From Candidatus Multivorans sp. (GTDB lineage Bacteria; Acidobacteriota; Thermoanaerobaculia; Multivoradales; Multivoraceae): a DNA stretch of 64,000 bases. Position numbers and translations under genes: made by a program. The notes below the pieces were generated by a model that saw nothing but the letters and a program-made list of their open reading frames with translations, did no database searches and was not told where the DNA came from. Location of the stretch: contig OZ244152.1 of NCBI GenBank assembly GCA_965216125.1, forward strand, positions 899,035 through 963,034, in the 5' to 3' direction. Positions 40,607-49,809 of this stretch are shown piece by piece (within the stretch, counting starts at the first letter, position 1; the number at the start of each line of letters is the position of its first letter).

Positions 40607-40930
40607 TTGGACCAGCGTAACACCGCGCACGTCACGTCAGGAGCAGGGGGCGGACACTGGCCCCTCTCAGACTCGGAGCAGGCCGAGATCGCCTTCACCA
40701 ACGTCGGCAAGCGCCTGGAGCAGGCCGGCGCAAGCGCCGAGGACATCGTGAAGACGAACGTCTACATCAAGGACATCGACCCGGAAAAGGTCCAACAGGT
40801 CGGCCGGGCCCACGCCAAGGTCCTGCGACTCGACCCCCCACGCGCCTCGACCTGGGTCGGGGTGACGGGACTCGTGTACCCGTCGCTGCTGATCGAGGTG
40901 GAGGCTACGGCGGTGGTGGCGGCGGAGTAG
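40607..40930 (+). pseudogene. RidA/YjgF-family protein, N-terminally truncated fragment
   Basis: 107 aa from TTG; in-frame TGA 3 codons upstream. Aligns only to the C-terminal ~90 aa of RidA (…DIVKTNVYIKDID…LIEVEATAVV); the conserved N-terminal segment is absent. Confidence 0.5.
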
Positions 40931-41009
40931 GGGGGCAGTGAAGGAAAGCCCCGGCGACCTGACAAGCGGTCGCCGGGGCCTCGAGGATTCACTTGCGGGG
41001 TCTGCTACG

Positions 41010-42191
41010 TCATAGGCAAAGGAACTCGCCGCAGCAGCACTTGGGCATGAACGACATCCTCTGGGCGACTCGAACCGTGCCGCCAACTTCAACCAGAGCA
41101 TACACAACGACCCGATGTTGTCCGCTGCCAGACAACTCCATGGCGTCCTTGAGAGTGGATAACCATGCGCTGTCGACATCCTTCTCGGTCCACAGAACCT
41201 CTGCGGTTCGAGCTCCCGTTTCTCGGACATCGAACCGCGCCAGGAAGCGCCACGTCGCGTCGCTTTCCGGGCGCGAGACACCATCTCCTTCGTCGCGAGT
41301 CGGGAACTCCCTGCTCACCAGACGGCCGCGTCCAGACTCGAAGCCGCCCCCGAAGCTCGCGTGAGGCGGAGGCATCCACGTTTCGGTCCGCGGATGTTCG
41401 GCCCCGTGGACGAGAAACACCTTCTCAGGGCCAATTCCCGGCGGACTCGATTGGTTCAAGACCTTGGTTCCCTCAGCCGCGAAGGCGCCATCGGAGAACG
41501 CGATAGCACCGTACTCGCCAGTTGTCGGGTCACGGTCCGCGATCAGGAACTCGTTCTTGTAGTAGTCCCTGCCGTCCACCTTCTCGGTTCGGTAGAGTGG
41601 TCGTGCTGGAGCGCCCATCGACCTGATCACCGAAACCCCTCCGTTGAGGTCCATGTGGTGATAGTCGCTCAGCCCGTAACTACCGCCACAGGTCGGTGGC
41701 GGAGGCACGGGAGTACAGGTAAGCCACTCGTTGGTTCCTCCCCACGAGTAGTACGACTGCCAGACTCCTCCTGTGGTGACGACTTCGGCAGTTGACTGCA
41801 GGCGACCATTGTAGCTGCATGGCGGATTGTGCTCGACGCCGTTGGCCTGGCACGGTAAGTTGTCGAAGATGCTTCGAGGGTATCCGCCGCAGACGAAGGT
41901 CTGACCAGGGGAGAACGGACCCTGAATCGTGTGCCCCCATGGCTGGTTACAGGTTCCGTTGAGGCAGATTGTGGTTTCTTGGCTGGCATCTCGGTCCATC
42001 CACCCACTCTGAGGATACGTGGCGACTGAGTTGACCGAGTACTCGGTTGAGTCGAACAGAAGCGCCCGGCGGTTCACGCTGACGCTGGTGACTTGAAATC
42101 CCGCCTGCGCGGCCAGGTCTGAGGACACCAGCGCGAGTCCGATCAGAACCAGCGAGACGTTTCGGCAGATCATCGCTCTACGTGCTCGCAC
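41010..42191 (-). CDS. Secreted Cys-rich hypothetical protein
   Basis: 393 aa; signal peptide ICRNVSLVLIGLALVSSDLAAQA; many Cys (CLNGTCNQPW…, C-terminal CCCGEFLCL); lower GC by eye. Confidence 0.5.
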   Translation of the reverse strand: MRARRAMICRNVSLVLIGLALVSSDLAAQAGFQVTSVSVNRRALLFDSTEYSVNSVATYPQSGWMDRDASQETTICLNGTCNQPWGHTIQGPFSPGQTFVCGGYPRSIFDNLPCQANGVEHNPPCSYNGRLQSTAEVVTTGGVWQSYYSWGGTNEWLTCTPVPPPPTCGGSYGLSDYHHMDLNGGVSVIRSMGAPARPLYRTEKVDGRDYYKNEFLIADRDPTTGEYGAIAFSDGAFAAEGTKVLNQSSPPGIGPEKVFLVHGAEHPRTETWMPPPHASFGGGFESGRGRLVSREFPTRDEGDGVSRPESDATWRFLARFDVRETGARTAEVLWTEKDVDSAWLSTLKDAMELSGSGQHRVVVYALVEVGGTVRVAQRMSFMPKCCCGEFLCL

Positions 42192-43195
42192 TACTGGACC
42201 TCCCTGGGACGAGAGTCAGCGGACTGCCAGGGATTCCATCCCCTCAAGTCCTCCTCGCACGGACCACCGAGGATCTCGACGCCCACCGAGAGTCTCTCGC
42301 TGGCCGTCGCGAGCAAGTATCGGCGCAGGCCCGTCCAATCGGATTCCGACAGTTGTTCGCGCAAGGACTCAAGGAGGCGCGCCTCGGCATGAGCGGAGTA
42401 GTTGGACTGCACCTGGGGCAGCCAGTTCTGCCAGTCGCTCCGCTCTCCACCAACCTCCATCGAGAGATACAGGTCGTCACGCTGCTCCATCGCGGCCTGA
42501 AGCGCGATCCCCTTGTCGATGCGCCGCTGGCGCCGTCGCGGGTCTTCGCCTTCAACGGCTTGCCGGTAAGCCACAGAACTTGGCATGAGACCATGTTCGG
42601 GAGGATTCAGATTCTCGCGCTCTATGTAGTCCTCGATCATCGCGTGGACCGCCACCTTCGCAGGCCATATCTCGTCTGCGGCTCGCTGAACCTCTCTGTG
42701 TGCCCCGTCGAGCAGGATGCCGAGACCGTCGAATGCGCTCGGCGAGACTCCAGCACTCTCAAGGCCCTGCCGGATGTCTGCTGTGAGTTCGGGAACCGAG
42801 TCAGGCAGCGGCTCCTCGCTCTCGGAAGCGATCGCGGCTTCGACGTTTCGAGTCGCGTTGCCGGACACGAGGCTGCCCATGAAGTTCGTCAGCGCATATC
42901 CCATGGTCATTCGCTCGGGCCGGCTGTTGCTCGAGAATCCCCTGGGGATGAAGTCCGGTCCGCAATCTGGAAGCAGTCCTTCCGCAACTGCCTCCCGATA
43001 AGCCATCGCGAGTCCTTCCGGCTGGCTAGCGAGATAGAGGTCGTGAGGCGTCACACCATCCGCGAGAGGCCACCAGAGTGGCGAATGCAGCGGTGTTTCG
43101 GGAGGTGGGTACTGCGCTACGGCAGGCACCAAGGTCAGCAAGTAGAGGACTGAGCAGGCTGCCAAGACCCTCTGGCTTCGACGAAGTCGGTTCAC
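42191..43195 (-). CDS. Secreted hypothetical protein
   Basis: 334 aa; signal peptide MNRLRRSQRVLAACSVLYLLTLVPAVAQ; stop overlaps the GTG start of the downstream gene (TAGTG). Confidence 0.5.
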   Translation of the reverse strand: MNRLRRSQRVLAACSVLYLLTLVPAVAQYPPPETPLHSPLWWPLADGVTPHDLYLASQPEGLAMAYREAVAEGLLPDCGPDFIPRGFSSNSRPERMTMGYALTNFMGSLVSGNATRNVEAAIASESEEPLPDSVPELTADIRQGLESAGVSPSAFDGLGILLDGAHREVQRAADEIWPAKVAVHAMIEDYIERENLNPPEHGLMPSSVAYRQAVEGEDPRRRQRRIDKGIALQAAMEQRDDLYLSMEVGGERSDWQNWLPQVQSNYSAHAEARLLESLREQLSESDWTGLRRYLLATASERLSVGVEILGGPCEEDLRGWNPWQSADSRPREVQ

Positions 43196-43471
43196 GTGTG
43201 TCGAACCCTCCTTTGTTGGTGGGCCGTCTCGGGAGAGAGAGCCCCTGTGATCAGGATGGAGGTCACTTTAGCTGTTCGAGCTCCCGACGTCCCAGAGTGA
43301 AGCGCCAGCGCCGCTTGACGGGCCGAGCGCGGATCCGGAACGCTGAAGCGATGGAGTGTTAGGGGCAGCTGAAAATCTCCCATTCGTGGCAACCGAAAAC
43401 GGCACAGTTTCGGGCTTGTCGGAGGGCGTTCGTCGTTCGATGCTGTTGGCTTCGCCAACGGTCATGGAGCG

Positions 43472-44500
43472 GTGTACGGATGCATGGATGGGAGACGCGG
43501 ATGTTTGCTGAAGCACTACCTGGAGCGGGGAGTCTCGGAGGCTGAGCTGGCGAGGCGGTTCGGGGTCAGTCGTCGGACGATCCACCGGTGGATCAGATCG
43601 GGCCAGTTGGACCGCGATCTGTCTTTGGGCGCGGCGCGGTACTCGCCCGCGGCCGCGGGTGGCTCACAAGCTGGATCCATACAAGGAGTTGATCGAGGTC
43701 CGGCTCGGTGAGTTCCCCAAGCTGTCGGCGAAGCGGCCGTTCGACGAGGTGCATGCGGCCGGCTACGACGGCGGCTACAGCCGCGTGAGGGACTACGTGC
43801 GGGAGGTGCAGCGGCGCGCTCCTCAGGAGGCACCGGTGCGGTTCGAGACTGCCGGCGGGCCATCAGGGTCAGGTGGACTTCGGGACGTTCAGGCTGCCCT
43901 GGGCACGTCGACATACGCTGCTGGTGGTGCTCGGTTACTCCAGGCTCTTGTGGCCGCGTTTCTACCCGCGGCAGCCGATGCCGGTCCTCATCGAGGAGCT
44001 CGAGAGCGCCTTCTGTCGGTTCGGTGGCGTGCCGCAGGAGCTCCTCTTCGATCAGATTCGCGCCGTGGTCGTGCCGGACGACCGCGCCTCGGGCGGTGAG
44101 TTGGCGCTCAATGCCGAGTTTCTGCGGTTCCCGGCCCATTGGGGCTTCGTGCCGCGGTCGTGCCGTCCTTACCGGGCGCCGACCAAGTGCAAGGTGGAGG
44201 GGCCGATCCGGTACGTGCGGGAGAGCTTCTTCTACGACCGGCCGTTCGTGAATGACGCCGACCTGAATGAGCAGGCCTCGCGCTGGCTGGATAACACCGC
44301 CAATGTGCGCCGGCATGGCACGACGGGTCAGCGCCCGGTGGACCGTTTCGAGCGCGACGAGCGCCAGGCGCTTCGTCCCCTGGCCAGCCAGCCTACCGGA
44401 GTTTGGGCGCTCGGCAGCCCGAAGAGGCGTCCCGGCGCCGCTTCGTGGCACCGACGGTACAGGTGCAGCGGCGTCCCCTGCGGGAGTACTCGGAGGCGGT
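43472..44500 (+). pseudogene. istA: IS21-family transposase IstA, at least two frameshifts
   Basis: HTH (GVSRRTIHRWIRSG) in frame 1, then VRFETA… in frame 2, then DDE region (…FPAHWGFVPRSCRPYRAPTKCKVEG…) in frame 3. Confidence 0.75.
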
Positions 44501-44503
44501 CCG

Positions 44504-45299
44504 ATGAAGGCTGGCGACCGGCGAGCCCGGCTGCGGGAGATGCTGGCGGACTTGCAGATGCCCGGAGCGCTGGAAGCCGTCGACGGCATCCTGGCCCAGG
44601 CCGACAGCGGAGCGGTGACCGCTTCCGAGGCGATCAAGGAGTTGCTTTCCGCCCAGATCGTGCTGCGCAACAACCGCCGACTGCAGGCGGCGATGCGCTC
44701 GTCGCGCCTACCGGCGGTCAAGACGCTCGACCAGTTCGACTTCAGCTTCCAGCCCAGCATCAAGCGGGAGCAGATCGAGAGCCTCCACGAGCTGAGATTC
44801 CTGGAGCGGGCCGAGAATGTGATTCTCCTGGGGCCGCCGGGAGTGGGCAAGACCCACCTGGCGATCAGTCAGGCGATCGCAGCCGCCGAGTCGGGCCGCA
44901 AGGTCTACGACGGCACACTGGCGGCTCTGATCGAGTCGCTGACCGAGGCGAAGGCCGCGGGGGGCAACCTGTCGCGCCGGCTCCGCGTGCTCACCCATCC
45001 CGCCTTGCTGGTCGTCGACGAGATCGGCTACCTGCCGATCAGCCGGGACGGCGCCGTGCTTCTTCTTCCGGTTGATCGACGCCCGACACGAGCGGGCCTC
45101 CACGGTGCTCACCTCCAACAAGGGCTTTGAGGAATGGGGCGGCGTGCTCGGCGACGAGATCATGGCCGCGGCCCTCACCGATCGCCTCCTGCACCACTGC
45201 GACATCGGCAACATCCGAGGCAACAGCTACCGGATGAGAGCGCACCAGGACCCCCATCGCCCCGCCCACGAAGAGCGTCACCAGGAAGGCGGCTCGTGA
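44504..45299 (+). pseudogene. istB: IS21-family helper ATPase IstB, frameshifted near 45060
   Basis: MKAGDRRARL…; Walker A GPPGVGKTHLA; Walker B LLVVDEIGY; C-terminal part continues in another frame (…STVLTSNKGFEEWGGV…). Confidence 0.75.
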
Positions 45300-45687
45300 T
45301 CAACCGCCAACCCCCTGGCCTCGGCGCGCGGCCGGTGTCGGCCTCCGGTCGCTCCGCTCCCTACGGCCGACACCGGAGCCCTACCGCCACACTCCGGACC
45401 CCAAACACAGCGACCACCGACGCCGAACAAGTGGGACATTCTCAGTTGCCAGGAGTGCGCCGTTTTCAGTTGCCATTGAGATGGAGCAGCGAGACCGCAA
45501 CGAGCAGCCACTACTCGGACTGCGCGGTCTACAACGAACCCGCGTACCCGGCAGAACCTTGCGGTCGTGCCGGCCTTCGGCCGGCGCGTTCTTTCCGCCG
45601 CCTTCGGCGGCAGCGGACCAGAAGGTCCGCGCACCTGTACCTTCTTCGGGTGGAATCTGGTGGGTCGATGAGAGAGAAGGAATCGGC

Positions 45688-45823
45688 CAGTAGCCGCCGC
45701 GGCTGCGGTAGCTGTGGGAAACCGGCTTGCCGGTTTTCCAAGGGCCTGCGCGAAACGGTCCGCCGTTTTCCGCGGCACCGGCAGCTTGCGCAGCCGAGAC
45801 CGCCGGCCGGTTGCGTCTCTGGC
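45688..45823. repeat. REP-like dual-hairpin repeat element, copy B
   Basis: Matches 23396..23527; lies ~210 nt upstream of the IS110 transposase start. Confidence 0.7.
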
Positions 45824-46034
45824 CTGCCGGAGTTACACAAGGAAGGTCGGCAAGCAGCCAGGAGCAACCGTCCGCGCACCGTGCTTCGAGCACCTCTCTG
45901 GGACTTGTGCCCTGGCTGCTTCGCCGCGTTGGACGCCCAATGGAGGGTCCGTGCCATCGAGCACCAGTACAGGTACTGGCAGGCAACGCGACGCGCCGAC
46001 CCGAGCAGGTTAACGCAACAGAAGGGAGGACGCG

Positions 46035-47288
46035 ATGGCTGAGACCTGGTTCGCCGACGTGGATTGGGGGTCCAGGACCCACCATGTGTGCCTGATGGAT
46101 GGGGACGGCAAAGTGAGGGGGAGCGGGCGTTTCCCCACAGCGGCAAGGGACTTGCCGCGATGGCGGAGTGGCTTCTCGGGCGCAGCCGAGCGGCGTTGGC
46201 GGAACAGATCGGCATAGCCATCGAAGTGCCGCACGGACCGGTGGTCGAGAGCCTCCTGGAGCGAGGCTTCGCCGTGCATGCAATCAACCCCAAGCAGCTC
46301 GACCGCTTCAGGGGCCGCTTCTCGACAGCCGGCGCCAAGGATGATCGCCGCGATGCCCGGGTACTCGCCTCGGCGCTGCGCACCGACCCTCAGTGCCTGC
46401 GCCGTCGGCAAGCCCCCGACGCCGGAACCGCCGAACTGCGCGAGATGCCCCGCGTCCGCAAGCAGTTGGTCGCCCATAAGAACCGACTGGAGAACCAGAT
46501 ACGCGACCTGCTCTGGCGCTACTACCCGCAGTTTCTCGCCGCCGTCGGGAACGACATCTCGGCACCCTTCGCGATGGCCTTGTGGCGACTGGCGCCGACG
46601 CCCGACGAGGCTCGACGGCTGTGCAAGGACACGCTCGCCGCGCTGCTCAAGAAACACCGCATCCGGCGCCTGACCGCTGACCAACTGCTCGATCAACTGC
46701 GGGCCGAGCCGATCGCCGTCTCCCCCGCCGCCATGGAGGCCGCCGCCGGTCACACGGAAATCCTCCGGCCGTTGCTCGACACCGTCTGCAACCAACTCGC
46801 CGACGCCGACCGGTGCCTGGAACAGATGACACGCGAGCTCGAAGCCGAGGTCTGCCGGGAAGAAGACGACCAGACGCCCAAGCCCAGCGACGCAGTCATC
46901 CTGAGGTCGCTGCCCGGCATCGGCACCGTCGGCCTCGCCACCCTGCTCTGCGAAGCCGACGAAAGCCTCGAACGCAGAGATTGCGATGCGCTGCGTTGCC
47001 TCAGCGGCGTCGCGCCGGTGACCGTCCAGTCCGGCAAACAAGCTGATCGTCATCCGACGACTGGCCGCCAACGAGCGACTCCGCAACGCGGCCCACCACT
47101 GAGGAGAAGTCGCCATCCAGCATGACTCGATCAGCCGAGCCAAGTACGACGCCACGAGAGCGCAAGGCAAGACACACGGACGAGCCATCAGACAGGTCGT
47201 AGACCGACTCCTCGGCGTCGCCTGCGCCATGCTCCGAGACCGCACTCGCTTCGACCCCAACATGCAACGCCGTGCCCAAGCTGCATGA
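46035..47288 (+). pseudogene. IS110-family transposase, multiple frameshifts
   Basis: N-terminal DEDD-type region MAETWFADVDWGSRTHHVCLMDGDGKV (frame 1) shifts near 46110; Transposase_20 region LRSLPGIGTVGLATLL…LSGVAPVTVQSGKQ; C-terminus in yet other frames (…ISRAKYDATRAQGKTHGRAIRQVVDRLL…). Confidence 0.75.
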
Positions 47289-47472
47289 AAACTCGCTGAA
47301 CACCAGCAATCCACCCCCAAGCCCACTTGCTAAAGGGTGGAGAGTCCCAGAGATACGGCGTCGCCTCGGCGACACTCTTTACTGCCAGCGTTGCCGCCGT
47401 AGGCGGCCAGGGAAGAGATAGCCGAACGCCGAATCCCGTCTCCCGCTCCACGCCAGCGCTCCGCGCGGGCGT

Positions 47473-47547
47473 GGAGCGGGAGACGGGATTCGAACCCGCG
47501 ACCAACAGCTTGGAAGGCTGTGACTCTACCCCTGAGTTACTCCCGCA
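47473..47547 (-). tRNA. tRNA-Gly (anticodon TCC)
   Basis: Reverse complement GCGGGAGTAACTCAGGGGTAGAGTCACAGCCTTCCAAGCTGTTGGTCGCGGGTTCGAATCCCGTCTCCCGCTCCA; anticodon loop CTTCCAA. Confidence 0.88.
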
Positions 47548-47567
47548 CGCCCGCAAAGCGAAGAAGT

Positions 47568-47654
47568 GGTGGAGGCGGATGGATTCGAACCATCGTAGGG
47601 CTTTGCCCGACAGATTTACAGTCTGTTGCCTTTGACCGCTCGGCCACACCTCCG
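47568..47654 (-). tRNA. tRNA-Tyr (anticodon GTA), long variable arm
   Basis: Reverse complement GGAGGTGTGGCCGAGCGGTCAAAGGCAACAGACTGTAAATCTGTCGGGCAAAGCCCTACGATGGTTCGAATCCATCCGCCTCCACCA. Confidence 0.85.
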
Positions 47655-47668
47655 GCAACTTCCTCCGT

Positions 47669-47744
47669 GGAGCCGGCACCCGGATTCGAACCGAGGACCT
47701 ACTGCTTACAAGGCAGTTGCTCTACCAACTGAGCTATGCCGGCC
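47669..47744 (-). tRNA. tRNA-Thr (anticodon TGT)
   Basis: Reverse complement GCCGGCATAGCTCAGTTGGTAGAGCAACTGCCTTGTAAGCAGTAGGTCCTCGGTTCGAATCCGGGTGCCGGCTCCA. Confidence 0.88.
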
Positions 47745-47795
47745 CTCGCGACGAAGCACTTAGGCACCATGGCGGCGCCACGGCGACGCCGGAGT

Positions 47796-48587
47796 CTACG
47801 CCAGGCCCTCCGGCGTGACAAGACGCTGGCGCACCGCCTCGTAGAGCAGCGCTGCGGCCGCCGTGGAGAGGTTGAGGGACTCGAGGCGGCCGCGCATCGG
47901 CAAGCCGAGAAGGCCGTCGCAGAGGCTCCTTGTCCGGCGGCGCAGGCCGCGCGCCTCGCCGCCGATGCAAAGCACGATCGGGCCGCTCAGGTCGACCGTC
48001 CACGGCGCTTGACCTGTGGCGTCGGCGCCGTAGACCCAGAAACCGTCGGACTTGAGGCGCTCGATCTCCTGGCCGCTGTTCACAATCCGCTCGACTTCGA
48101 GCCAATCGACCGCGCCCGCGGCGGTTCCAGCGACCGCGGCGGAGAGCGGCGCCGCGCCGCGGTCACGGATCAGAACGCGGCCAACCCCAGCCGCCTCGCA
48201 CACCCGCAGCAATGCGCCCAGGTTCCGTGGATCCTGCACGTCCTCGACCAGCACCAGGAGTTGCGGGTCGGCAGCAGCAACCGGCGATCCACCGCGCCTT
48301 CGGGGCACCAGGACCGCTGCGAAACCCCGCGCGGTCGCGTCGTCGAGTCCCGCCGCTTCGAGCCGGGCCCGCAGTTCGGCGGCGGCCACGCTCTGAACCG
48401 GCACGCTGTGGCGCACGCACAGGCTCTCGATCGTCCGCCGCCGCTCCCCTGCCGGCCTCGAGATGACGACTTCGGCGACTTCGTGCGGGTGGCTGCGCAG
48501 GATTTCGCGGACCGGCTGGAAGCCGAGCCGCCAGTCCGCGCCGGGGGCTGGCGCCGAAACGCTCCGGCGATCTCCCTGTCTGCTCAC
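47796..48587 (-). CDS. rlmB: 23S rRNA (guanosine-2'-O)-methyltransferase RlmB (SpoU/TrmH family)
   Basis: 263 aa; SpoU methylase motifs (LVLVEDVQDPRNLGALLRVCEAAG; IVLCIGGEARGL; NLSTAAAALLYE); GTG start overlaps ispDF stop. Confidence 0.8.
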   Translation of the reverse strand: MSRQGDRRSVSAPAPGADWRLGFQPVREILRSHPHEVAEVVISRPAGERRRTIESLCVRHSVPVQSVAAAELRARLEAAGLDDATARGFAAVLVPRRRGGSPVAAADPQLLVLVEDVQDPRNLGALLRVCEAAGVGRVLIRDRGAAPLSAAVAGTAAGAVDWLEVERIVNSGQEIERLKSDGFWVYGADATGQAPWTVDLSGPIVLCIGGEARGLRRRTRSLCDGLLGLPMRGRLESLNLSTAAAALLYEAVRQRLVTPEGLA

Positions 48588-49777
48588 GTCCGCCGCCGCT
48601 CGACCAGGACGACGGCCTCGGCGGCCATGCCCTCACCGCGACCGAGGGGCCCGAGCCCTTCATGGGTCGTGGCCTTGAAGTTCATTCGCCCGGGGTCGAG
48701 TCCGAGCAGGCGCGCAACATGGTCCTCGATCGCAGCGCGGTGAGGCGCCATCGTTGGCCGTTCGGCGATCAGCGTCACGTCGCAGTTGCGGACCTCGAAC
48801 CCCTTCTCCCGGACCAGGTCGACGATCCGCAGGAGCAGATCCGAGCTGTCGGCCCCACGCCAGACGTCGTCCGACGGCGGAAAATGGACCCCCAGGTCAC
48901 CGAGCCCGGCGGCGCCGAGCAGGGCGTCGCCGATCGCATGGAGCACCACGTCTGCATCGCTGTGACCGTCCAGACCGACGTCGTGCGGAATCCGCTGGCC
49001 GCCAAGGATCAGGGGCCGCCCAGCCGTCAGCCGGTGCACGTCGTAGCCATGGCCAACTGCGGTCAAGGCGACCCGCCGCACCCCGTGCCGCGATCGCAGC
49101 AGCGCCTCGATCGTCGCGCGATCGGAGGGGTCCGTGAGTTTCGGGTTCGGGTGCGACGCCACAACAGCGGCGATCGAACCCGGCGCGAACAGGCTGCTCT
49201 CGTCGCCCACCTCGATGTCCCGCGCGGCCGCCCGATCGAGCGCAGCCGCCAGTTTCGCAGCCCGAAAGACCTGGGGCGTCTCGGCCCGAAACAGACCCGC
49301 CCGATCGACCGTCGCGCCGAGCCGGCCCGACTTGACCGTCTTCAGGGTGTCGCTCACCGGGCGTCCGAGGACCGCCCCGTCACTGCCTTCCTCGGCCGCC
49401 GTCCGGATGACGGCTTCGAGGTCCACCGGGCTCAGACAGGGGCGGGCGCCGTCGTGAACCGCAACCCAGTCGGAGGAATCAGCGGCGGTCGCCGAGAGCG
49501 CGGCCGCTACGGAATCCTGGCGGCGCCGGCCACCTTCAACCGTGCTGACCTCCACTCCGGGCCGCGGCGCAACTTCCTGAGCCAGCATCTGCAGCGTCTC
49601 ACCGGCGCTACCCGCCGGCGCCGCGACGACCACACGGTCGATGACGGAGACGGCGACAAGCCGCTCGACCGTCCAGGCCAGTACCGGGCGGTCCAGGAGC
49701 AGCGAAAACTGCTTCGGCCGATCGCCACCGAACCGCCGGCCGCTTCCGGCGGCCGGGACAATCGCGTGGACGGTCAA
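48584..49777 (-). CDS. ispDF: Bifunctional IspD/IspF (MEP cytidylyltransferase / MECDP synthase)
   Basis: 397 aa; TTG start; N-terminal IspD (AIVPAAGSGRRFG); C-terminal IspF (GHGYDVHRL…GHSDADVVLHAIGDALLGAAGLGDLG). Confidence 0.88.
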   Translation of the reverse strand: MTVHAIVPAAGSGRRFGGDRPKQFSLLLDRPVLAWTVERLVAVSVIDRVVVAAPAGSAGETLQMLAQEVAPRPGVEVSTVEGGRRRQDSVAAALSATAADSSDWVAVHDGARPCLSPVDLEAVIRTAAEEGSDGAVLGRPVSDTLKTVKSGRLGATVDRAGLFRAETPQVFRAAKLAAALDRAAARDIEVGDESSLFAPGSIAAVVASHPNPKLTDPSDRATIEALLRSRHGVRRVALTAVGHGYDVHRLTAGRPLILGGQRIPHDVGLDGHSDADVVLHAIGDALLGAAGLGDLGVHFPPSDDVWRGADSSDLLLRIVDLVREKGFEVRNCDVTLIAERPTMAPHRAAIEDHVARLLGLDPGRMNFKATTHEGLGPLGRGEGMAAEAVVLVERRRT

Positions 49778-49809
49778 AGCAGGACTCGAGGGCGGGCTCC
49801 GGCAGCCTG

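Larger units (their letters stand above)
43365..45490 (+). mobile_element. IS21-family insertion sequence remnant (istA and istB frameshifted) with terminal inverted repeats
   Basis: IRL ~43365-43410 (…ATCTCCCATTCGTGGCAACCGAAAACGGCACA) matches revcomp of IRR ~45432-45490 (ATCTCAATGGCAACTGAAAACGGCGCA…); ~2.1 kb, typical IS21 size; internal istA/istB fragments. Confidence 0.8.

Noticed and set aside
42182-43153. 323-aa plus-strand ORF antisense to the secreted hypothetical
   Set aside because: Leu/Arg/Gly-rich antisense artefact; the minus-strand ORF has a proper signal peptide and start/stop overlap with its neighbour.
47432-47493. tRNA-Gly 3'-end repeat as an integrase att site (attL/attR)
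   Set aside because: The copy is inverted and immediately adjacent rather than a distant direct repeat; no integrase gene in the window. Kept as a finding with other interpretations.
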